DNA of 64,000 nucleotides from Eledone cirrhosa (lineage: Eukaryota), in NCBI GenBank assembly GCA_964016885.1, contig OZ024743.1, positions 70,866,001-70,930,000 of the forward strand, in the 5' to 3' direction. A program made the position numbers and the translations under genes. How positions within the stretch are numbered: the first letter of the stretch is position 1; each line of letters starts with the position of its first letter. The notes below the pieces were generated by a model. That model made no database searches and was not told the DNA's origin. It saw nothing but the letters and a program-made list of their open reading frames with translations. This document shows positions 54,548 to 64,000 of the stretch, in pieces.

Positions 54548-55403
54548 CTAGCTGACGTACCCAGCTTCCCCCGGGTAAACAGATGATAAGAGAAGACAGG
54601 TAAAAGAGAAAATGACTGTATTGGATGTTTGTCTGGTTACGGTATGAGGCGAGTCCGTGGTGTCCGTGTGATACAGAAAACAGTAAAAAAAATCTTCCAG
54701 ATATACCAGATTCTTCGTTGTACCGTTTGTGCATAGTATATGAACAATTCTAGGTGCTCCCACCTAGAATAGTGACCTCTAGGAGATGGTTCACCTTCTT
54801 CCTGACTGTAAAACGTGTATCATTGTATAGACGTGGTTGTTCCACGTTTCTCAAAAGGATGATGGAAGTTCCAATCTTTTATATTATATGTAGATATAGA
54901 TATAGATAATTAATATAAAAGATGATGCTCAGCCAGTTCGTCTTCAACCATCGCAGCATGCCGTCGCTGCTTGGCTCCAGTGTTTTGTTGGCGTTGTTCA
55001 GCCAGCTCCTCTTCATTCATGGTGGCACGTCTTTGCCTCTGAAGTCGGCGTTCCGATGGTGCTCTTCGGCCCGTTTTTCTTCATTCCTGGCTGCATGCCT
55101 TCGACGTTGTAGTTCACTGTTTGATAAAGTCGAATTGCTTTTACTTTCTGTGGAACGCTGCACGCACGCACACACACATAAACATACGCGCACGTACATA
55201 CACACGCACACATGGTAATAGTTACAGCGTTCACTTTGCCTCTCTCTTTCTTACTCTCCCCTCTCACTGCTTCATTGGCATTATGCATATTAATTTAAGT
55301 TTGGCGTCGTTGAGGTGGGCGGAGTCATTTGAAACCTATGAACCAATGATAATCGAGAATTATGACACACGGAATACTGACATTGTTGAAATTAATATAT
55401 AGA
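54548..55403 (-). mobile_element. Non-autonomous Helitron with coding remnant
   Basis: Minus strand starts A|TCTATATATTAA and ends with hairpin ACCCGG-GGAAG-CTGGGT and CTAG|T. Internal charged helical repeats (QRRRHAARNEEKRAEEHHRNA) resemble a RepHel N-terminus. A second TC-type start lies near 54900. Confidence 0.75.
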
Positions 55404-55636
55404 TATATATATATATATATATATTATTTTTTTTTTATTTATTTATTTTTTTTTTTACATATTGATGAGTTAGCAGTGTAGAACACATTACAACATCATG
55501 TTTTCCTGTTTTTTCTGCCTTAATTCTTACTGCCTTATGAGGTCACAGTCAATAATGGCTATCACTGAAATATATATAGCAGCGAATTAGAATGAACGAA
55601 GCCAACTTTAACATGTTTGACTTACACATATTATTT

Positions 55637-55950
55637 TGAGTTCAAATCCCGCCGAGGTTAACTTTGCCTTTCATTCTCACGGGGTCGATAAAATAAAGTA
55701 CCAGTAATGCTCTGGGTAATTGCTGGCCTTGTGCCAAAAGTAGAAACAATTATTTTAAGGGCAGTGGATTGGCAGTATCGGAAGAGGGTCGGACGCCATA
55801 CTTTGACGCATTGAGTTATGGCCCTTGCCATTCTGAGTTCACTTCCCGCCGAGGTTAACTTTGCCTTTCATCCTTATGGGGTCGATAAAATAAAGTACCA
55901 GTAATACACTGGTTAATTTGCTGGCCTTGTGCCAAAAGTAGAAACAATTA
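55637..55950 (+). mobile_element. Two tandem SINE-B copies
   Basis: Truncated copy at 55637-55752 followed by a full copy at 55758-55950. Confidence 0.85.
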
Positions 55951-55984
55951 TTTTATATATATATATATATATATATACACGTGT

Positions 55985-56188
55985 GTGTTGGGAAATCTTA
56001 GTTGAAGGAAGCCACAGTAGAGGTAAACCAAGAAAGACCTGGGCAAAGGTTGTGAGAGCTGACCCAAGATTGTTGAGACTTACAGGCGAGATGACGAAGA
56101 AACACAATGATCGGAGTGATGCTGTGTTGAGAAGGACCCATCCAACCCATGCAAGCAGGGAAAAGTTGACAGAAAAACAACGATGACG
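55985..56188 (+). mobile_element. RTE 3' end with a short UTR lacking 48-bp units
   Basis: VEGSHSRGKPRKTWAKVVRADPRLLRLTGEMT followed by CCAACCCATGCAAGCAGGGAA. Lies between (AT)n tracts. Confidence 0.75.
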
Positions 56189-56230
<42 letters not shown>

Positions 56231-56369
56231 TATACATATATGTGAGTGTGTGTGTGTGTATGTATAACATATATGGTCAGCACTTCTGTTTCAATAATGA
56301 CTTGATCTATGAAAACCTCTCCAACCCTTGCCAGCAGGGATGATGGATGTTAAATTATGATGATGATGT

Positions 56370-56409
<40 letters not shown>

Positions 56410-56410
56410 G

Positions 56411-56453
<43 letters not shown>

Positions 56454-56863
56454 ATGTACACCTACACCCTCCAGCATGCCCTCACCACCCTCTTCTCTAT
56501 GTCAGTATGTGACATTTTCTTTGGCTAATCACTTCCTTCTCAAGATGTTTCTGAGAACAAGCTTTCCTTGGACACACACTCTCTCTCCCTCTCTCTCTCT
56601 CTCTCTCCCTCTCTGTATATCTCTCTCCCTCTCTTTCTCTCTCTCTCCCTCTCTTTCTCTCTCCCCCTCTCCCACTCTCTCTCTCTCTTTCACCCCTCTC
56701 AGTGTGCCACATAACCTCTCTCTTAACTCTTTTTTTCCCCTCACTATTTGTTGCAGATTTTGTTTGTTATCTGTCTTCTATCTCACTCTCTCATGTTCAC
56801 ACACACTCACACACACACACACTCACACACACACACGCACACACACACACACACACACACTCA

Positions 56864-56927
<64 letters not shown>

Positions 56928-57246
56928 CTGTCAGATTCCCTGTCTCAAGCAAATACATTCACACATAGACACACTTTTTCTGTCTGTCTATCTGGCACCT
57001 CGCCCACGCATACAATCACCCACATAATACATCTATACATATATAGATATTAGATATAGATACACAATCACACATATGGCCACACATAGTTATATTCACA
57101 TACATACATATATACACACACCTGATTTTGTTCAGTAAGGTGCTCATTCATTAAAGTTCTCTCTATCTCTATCATTTTCTATTCCCCTTCACACTCTGTT
57201 TGCCTGTCTCTACCCCACCCTCTCATCAGTTACTATTTCTTTTGTG

Positions 57247-57516
57247 GAAGGATGTGGCCTAGTGGTAAGGTTGTTGGACTTATGATCATCATGTTATAGG
57301 TTCGATTCCTGGGCTGTGTTGTGTTCTTGAGCAAAACATTTCATTTCATGTTGCTCCATATAGTCAGCTGAAAAAAATATGAGTACCAACAATAGCTGGT
57401 GGTTTATCCCTGTAATGGACTGGTGTCCTGTCCAGGAGAAAGTCTTGTACTCTCAGTTGCTATGGAAACCAGGATAAGCACTGGCCTGATGAGCCTTCGA
57501 GCTTGAGACAGACTTT
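57247..57516 (+). mobile_element. CORE-type SINE with tail C
   Basis: A box TGGCCTAGTGG, B box GGTTCGATTCC, CORE block, and tail GGAAACCAGGATAAGCACTGGCCTGATGAGCC. Confidence 0.8.
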
Positions 57517-57714
57517 AGAGACCCCACCCTCCTGCCATTATGATTTCAAAATATTCCAACACGTTTCTGAGAAAGGCCTGCCCTCAGCTGGTTCCCTTAC
57601 ACAATCTCTATTCACTACACAAGCATGCTTGCCCTCAAATCACTAATTTGCCCATAACACATTGATTTCTCCTCAAAACACACTTATATGTATGTTTAAA
57701 TTATACACACTGAC

Positions 57715-58020
57715 CAGGGCCAGATTTAATGAAGACAAAGGGGGAAATTGCCCCGGGCACACTTATGTGGGGGCCCCACCAGCGATGGCCGCACCAATTT
57801 ATTTTGTGCCCTCAAAAGCTGGGCTTTTTAGTTTTAGGGTGGTTAAAATTTTTGGATTTAATACCTGTTCAATTCCAATTACTTGCACCAAGCTAACTTT
57901 GATATATAAAATTGGTGGGATTGCTGTGTATTCTAATACTTCGTGTTTGAGCCCCCCCCCCCCCCCCCATAAAAAAACCCGAAGTGCACAGAGCACTCCC
58001 AAGGTCTAAATCCAATCCTG
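57715..58020 (+). mobile_element. hAT-type MITE
   Basis: CAGGGCCAGATTTA / TAAATCCAATCCTG termini with an 8-bp TSD ACACTGAC/ACACAGAC. Confidence 0.85.
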
Positions 58021-58239
58021 ACACAGACTTGTAGTTAACACATTTAGACACTCACAAATGCACATCATCATCGTCATCAACAGCACTGTTTAATATCTCA
58101 TTTCCATGCATGTATGGGTTTGAGGGCTGCTCGATGCTGAACTCAGGTGAATGGGTCATGCTTATTTGCTATGTTTTAGCTTGATTTTTACAGCTGCTGG
58201 TCCTTCTTAATACCAATATGTGTCCATTTGCTATATATA

Positions 58240-58718
58240 TCATTCCACTGCAAAGTGGTCGTGGAGGTGCCATGGCAAAAAAGTACCCAGCCCACACTGT
58301 AAAGTGGACGTGTAGACACCACGGAAAAAAAGCATCTAGCACTCACTGTAAATAAGGTTAGGAAGGGCATCCAGCTGTAGAAATCAAGCCAGAATCAGTT
58401 CCTGTCCCACCCTTGCAAGCAGGGAAAAGCGGATGTAAATTGATGATGATGATGATGATATATTTATTACATATATATTATATATATATTATATATATAT
58501 ATATATAATATAATATATATATATATATATATAATTGTTTCTACTTTTGGCACAAGGCCAGCAAATTACCCAGTGCATTACTGGTACTTTATTTTATCGA
58601 ACCCGTAAGGATGAAAGGCAAAGTTAACCTCGGCGGAATTTGAACTCAGACCATAAAGGACCGTAACTCTTTGCTATAAAGCCTGGTGTCCGACCCTCTA
58701 CCGGTACCGCCAATCCAC
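58240..58718. mobile_element. SINE-A tail (58240-58458 +) and SINE-B (58533-58718 -) in (AT)n
   Basis: Direct matches to the other family copies in this window. Confidence 0.8.
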
Positions 58719-58762
58719 ATATATATATATATAATATAATATAATATATATACATATATATA

Positions 58763-58799
<37 letters not shown>

Positions 58800-58805
<6 letters not shown>

Positions 58806-58892
58806 CCGAGGACCGCGCAATTTCAGAGTCAGGTTTGATCACCACATCGATCGTGCCTCGAGCTGGCGGCCTGAGAAACAATTGTAATATGT
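58800..58892 (+). ncRNA. Variant hammerhead motif with enlarged stem II region
   Basis: ACATAT-CCGAGGA-[62 nt]-GAA-ACAATTGT-A-ATATGT. Perfect 6-bp stem I, palindromic stem III, GUA triplet, and a U4-to-C core change. Confidence 0.55.
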
Positions 58893-59014
58893 CCAATAAA
58901 TTCCTTTCGTCGCAACACTGATTCTCTTTTTTCTGTGATATCATACTCTGCTCTATGAAGGCATCGAGTGCTCATACGCCCTACCGCATACGGACGCTTT
59001 AAGCATCAAACACC

Positions 59015-59059
<45 letters not shown>

Positions 59060-59247
59060 TATATATATATATATATATAATTCTTTCTCTCCGTCTTTTT
59101 TCTTTCTCTCCGTCTTTTTTCTAATTGTGCTTAACACTATGACTTATTAAAATAATATATACAAATCACTATCCAGACGGCTTCCAAAAATAATGGTTGC
59201 ATTTTAAAAGGGTACGTCAAAGCTATTTGTAAAACTGTTATATATTG

Positions 59248-59312
59248 TATTTTGTCTGATGAAGGCATACCATAATTTAATTTGGTATCCCTGAAATATG
59301 TATAATGAAATA
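59248..59312 (+). ncRNA. Type I hammerhead ribozyme motif in a Penelope-like terminal repeat (about 59150-59350)
   Basis: TATTTTGT-CTGATGA-AGGCATACCA..TGGTATCCCT-GAA-ATATGTAT-A-ATGAAATA. Intact core, predicted cleavage after 59304 (AUA). Confidence 0.75.
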
Positions 59313-59351
59313 AATATGGTTTTATAAATATAGTTTCCATTTATTAATATC

Positions 59352-59408
<57 letters not shown>

Positions 59409-59409
<1 letters not shown>

Positions 59410-59880
59410 TAGAAGTCAATGGAAACCGCGGAGTGGGGAGACCCAAGAAAACCTGGGATGAGGTGATAAAAGCCGACCTTACCCAATTACACCTGTCAAA
59501 GGCAATGACACATGACCGTGACCTCTGGCTCACATAGTAATACAGAGTACCCGACCTCCCATAGGTGCAAGTTGAAGCATATAGACAATATGCCCCCACA
59601 CCCTCCCACTGCAAAGTGGTCTTGGAGGTGCCACGGCAAAAAAGCACCCAGCCCACACTGTAAAGTGGATGTGTAGGCGCCACGGAAAAAAGCACCTAGC
59701 ACTCACTGTAAATGAGGTTGGTGTTAGGAAGGGCATCCAGCTGTAGAAAGCAAGCCAAAATCAGTTCCTGTATGAGCAAGGCATGGTCAGCCGACCAGAC
59801 ACTGCCCACAACAGGACAACCCGTCTAACCCATGCTAGCATGGAAGAACGGACGTAAAACGGTGATGATGATGATGACGA
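59409..59880 (+). mobile_element. 5'-truncated RTE 3' end whose 48-bp UTR region matches the SINE-A tail
   Basis: LEVNGNRGVGRPKKTWDEVIKADLTQLHLSKAMTHDRDLW, two 48-bp units and a (TGA)n tail. Flanked by (AT)n. Confidence 0.88.
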
Positions 59881-60032
59881 TATATATATGGTAAAATACT
59901 GTTGTGGTGGGAATGATTGGCTCATAGGGAGAGGCATGTAAAGGTTTGTTTTCTGTATATACACACACACATACATATTCATATGCATATATATATATAT
60001 ATATACATATATATACATTTATACACACACAC

Positions 60033-60064
<32 letters not shown>

Positions 60065-60759
60065 ACATATGTATATACATATACAGTGACATATATGTAT
60101 ATATGCAGTGACAAACGTGTGTGAATGTTTACTTTCACTCCCAAGCTGTTCTATACTAATCTGTGCTATCTAATATTGTTGATATAAAACATGGAATCTT
60201 TACGAGTTCATCTAGAATTTGTACATAAGAATATTTCTATATGTCACTCACTCTCACTCTCACTCTCTTTCTCTCTCTCTCTTTCTTTTACTCACTCATT
60301 CACTCTCTCTCCAACTCAATCTCTCTCGTACACTCTCTCTCTTACTCACTCACTCACTCTCATACTCTCTCATCCACTCTCTCTCACTTTCTCTCTCTCT
60401 CTCTTACTCACTCACTCACTCTCATCCACTCTCTCTCACTTTCTCTCTCTTACTCACTCACTCACTCTCATACTCTCTCACTCACTTTTTCTCTCTCCCT
60501 CACTCACTCTCTCTCACTCACTTTCCTCTCTCTCCCACTCTCTCACTCATTCTCTCACTCTCTCTCACCCTTTATGTATGTACATAGACACATGCATCTG
60601 TGTGTGGGTATTATGTGTGCCTATATGTGTTTCAGTGTTATCTGTATGTATTCTTTGTGTGTATGTGTGTGTGTGTATATATATATGTGTGTGTCTGTGT
60701 ATATGTGTGTGTATATGTGTGTCAGTGTTAACTGTACATATACATGTGTGTGTGTGTGT

Positions 60760-62580
60760 GTGAGTGTATGAGTGTACGTGTGTGTATGTCAGTGTGTATG
60801 TCAGTGAGTATGAGTGTACATGTGTGTATGTCAGTGAGTATGAGTGTACGTGTGTGTATGTCAGTGAGTATGAGTGTATGTGTGTATGAGTGTACATGTG
60901 TGTATGTCAGTGTGTATGAGTGTACGTGTGTGTATGTCAGTGTGTATGAGTGTACGTGTGTGTATGTCAGTGAGTATGAGTGTATGTGTGTGTATGAGTG
61001 TACATGTGTGTATGTCAGTGTGTATGAGTGTACGTGTGTGTATGTCAGTGTGTATGAGTGTACGTGTGCGTATGTCAGTGTGTATGAGTGTACGTGTGTG
61101 TATGTCAGTGAGTATGAGTGTATGTGTGTGTATGAGTGTACATGTGTGTATGTCAGAGTGTATGAGTGTACGTGTGTGTATGTCAGTGTGTATGAGTGTA
61201 TGTGTGTGTATGAGTGTACATGTGTGTATGTCAGTGTGTATGAGTGTACGTGTGTGTGTCAGTGTGTATGAGTGTACGTGTGTGTATGTCAGTGTGTATG
61301 AGTGTACGTGTGTGTATGTCAGTGAGTATGAGTGTATGTGTGTGTATGAGTGTACATGTGTGTATGTCAGTGTGTATGAGTGTACGTGTGTGTGTCAGTG
61401 TGTATGAGTGTACGTGTGCGTATGTCAGTGTGTATGAGTGTACGTGTGTGTATGTCAGTGAGTATGAGTGTATGTGTGTGTATGAGTGTACATGTGTGTA
61501 TGTCAGTGTGTATGAGTGTACGTGTGTGTGTCAGTGTGTATGAGTGTACGTGTGTGTATGTCAGTGTGTATGAGTGTACGTGTGTGTATGTCAGTGAGTA
61601 TGAGTGTATGTGTGTGTATGAGTGTACATGTGTGTATGTCAGTGTGTATGAGTGTACGTGTGTGTGTCAGTGTGTATGAGTGTACGTGTGTGTATGTCAG
61701 TGTGTATGAGTGTACGTGTGTGTATGTCAGTGAGTATGAGTGTATGTGTGTGTATGAGTGTACATGTGTGTATGTCAGTGTGTATGAGTGTACGTGTGTG
61801 TGTCAGTGTGTATGAGTGTACGTGTGCGTATGTCAGTGTGTATGAGTGTACGTGTGTGTATGTCAGTGAGTATGAGTGTATGTGTGTGTATGAGTGTACA
61901 TGTGTGTATGTCAGTGTGTATGAGTGTACGTGTGTGTGTCAGTGTGTATGAGTGTACGTGTGTGTATGTCAGTGTGTATGAGTGTACGTGTGTGTATGTC
62001 AGTGAGTATGAGTGTATGTGTGTGTATGAGTGTACATGTGTGTATGTCAGTGTGTATGAGTGTACGTGTGTGTGTCAGTGTGTATGAGTGTACGTGTGCG
62101 TATGTCAGTGTGTATGAGTGTACGTGTGTGTATGTCAGTGAGTATGAGTGTATGTGTGTGTATGAGTGTACATGTGTGTATGTCAGAGTGTATGAGTGTA
62201 CGTGTGTGTATGTCAGTGTGTATGAGTGTATGTCAGTGAGTATGAGTGTACGTGTGTGTATGTCAGTGTGTATGAGTGTACGTGTGTGTATGTCAGTGTG
62301 TATGAGTGTATATGTGTGTATGTCAGTGTGTATGAGTGTATATGTGTGTATGTCAGTGTGTATGAGTGTATATGTGTGTATGTCAGTGTGTATGAGTGTA
62401 CGTATGTGTATGAGTGTACGTGTGTGTATGTCAGTGTGTATGAGTGTATATGTGTGTATGAGTGTACGTGTGTGTATGTCAGTGTGTATGAGTGTACGTG
62501 TGTGTATGTCAGTGTGTATGAGTGTACGTGTGTGTATGTCAGTGTGTATGAGTGTATATGTGTGTATGTCAGTGTGTATG
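60760..62580. repeat. Satellite of about 28-bp monomers with a 136-bp higher-order repeat
   Basis: GTGTATGAGTGTACGTGTGTGTATGTCA monomers. ORF-track starts recur every 136 bp from 61244 to 61924. Confidence 0.92.
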
Positions 62581-63679
62581 CAATCTGTATTTTGTGTTCT
62601 GTGTGTAAACACATTTCATATACCTAAAGTATACACTCTCTCTCTCTTTCTCTCTCACCCTCTCACCCATTCCTGTCTTGCTCTCCCCCTGCACCTCTCC
62701 TTCCCCCTTCTCCACCTCTCCCCTCCCCTCCCCACCTCTCTCTCCTCTCCTTTTTCTCTGAACTTGTCACTAAGCAACAATTTACATTCCTAGCCATGTC
62801 CCCCTCTCTGCCCTCCACCACCTCTACCACCACTACCACTTCTACCACTACCACCACCACCACCACCGCTATCACCAACACTACCACTACCACCACTACC
62901 ACCACCACCACCACCATACAACACTACTGTACTGTCAGCTGTCCTCTAGTTTGTTTGGACATGGATAGAAATAGAAGTGGTAGTAGTAGTGGTGGTGTTA
63001 GTTTTGGTAGTAGTAGTGGTGGTGTTAGTTGTGGTAGTAGTAGTGGTGGTGTTAGTTGTGGTAGTAGTAGTAGTGTTGGTTGGGGTGAAGGTGAATGTGT
63101 TGGTGGTGGTGGTAGTAGTGGTGTTAGTTGGTGTGGTGATAGGGGTCGTGGTCATTGTGTCAGTGGTGTTGGAAGTAATAATAGTAGTAGTAGTAGTAGT
63201 AGTAGTAGTTACCCCCTGTTTTTTTGTTTACTTTGAAAGGGAGAAATTTTTAGGTATGAGGTGGGGGTGTTGATGGTAATGGTGAGGTTATTAGTGGTGG
63301 TAGTGGTGGTAGCAATGGAGGTTATGAGGGCATTGGTGGTGGTGGCAGCAATGGTGGTGGTTATTATGCTAGTGGTGGTGGTGTTTAGTGGTAGTAGTGG
63401 TGGTGTTAGTGGGGGACAGGTATAGAGTGGTGTTGGTGTTGCATTCAGTCCATGACAATAACAGACACAAAACCTTCATCACCTATTTGTAATTAATCAA
63501 GCTAATGAGAGTGCTTATAAATAGTCACCTGACTTGCTAGAAATAGCAGTTAAATCTCCCTCAAATTGCTCTCTGTTGTCTGAAAAAAGGGAAAATCCCC
63601 TAAGAAAATGGTAAGTCATGACTGAAATGCCTTTGATCATAAGTCTGCTTGATTAGGATTGACCTAGGGGCTAGGTAAG

Positions 63680-64000
63680 ACCCCCTTTAGTCATGAATGA
63701 CCATGAGATTTGCACCTAGGGAACTCTCCTTCGAGGTACAAGTCCAGGTAAGGTAGTTTGTGGAAGACCAGCAGTCACCCATGCAAGCTAGTCTCCTCTC
63801 TACACACCACCAATGTTGTCCAAGGGAAAGGTAAATGCTGATACAGCTTGGCACCAGTGATTTTGCAACTTATTTCTCCAGTTGAATAAACTGGAGCAAC
63901 ATGAAATAAAGTGTCTTGCTCAAGAACACAAGGCAAAGCCTGGTCCGAGAATCGAACTCACAACCTCATGATTGTAAGCCCAATGCTCTAACCACTAAGC
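63680..64000 (-). mobile_element. CORE-type SINE with tail B (runs off the window end)
   Basis: Minus-strand head GCTTAGTGGTTAGAGC..GAGTTCGATTCTCGG, CORE block, and the tail shared with 4880-5190. Confidence 0.8.

Noticed and set aside
57485-57510. CTGATGAG as a hammerhead core
   Set aside because: There is no GAAA or stem I/III. It is part of the SINE tail C.

Overview
AT-rich, microsatellite-dense eukaryotic genomic DNA. The repeat landscape suggests a cephalopod such as Octopus, but that is an inference. The only host gene segment is one 3.35-kb first coding exon of a Fat-like (FAT1/2/3-kugelei type) cadherin at 18069-21419 (+), with a signal peptide and about 10 cadherin repeats. I found no further exon, so the following intron appears to exceed 42 kb. 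The rest of the window is mobile DNA and repeats. There is an RTE-clade LINE with an intact APE+RT ORF that carries a C4HC3 PHD-type finger inside the RT (CDS 29991-33104), a second truncated copy nested in a Helitron, and many RTE 3' tails. There are also two tRNA-derived SINE groups, Penelope-like remnants (a GIY-YIG fragment and several hammerhead ribozyme motifs, two showing compensatory stem changes), hAT and piggyBac MITEs, CR1, Rex3-like and CRE-like relics, and many minisatellites. The most notable observations are the intronic hammerhead set, the PHD-in-RT LINE with apparent (AT)n or same-site targeting, a 48-bp RTE 3'UTR module repeatedly expanded into arrays, and fold-back palindromes. 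Nearly all short ORFs in the supplied track are repeat artefacts.
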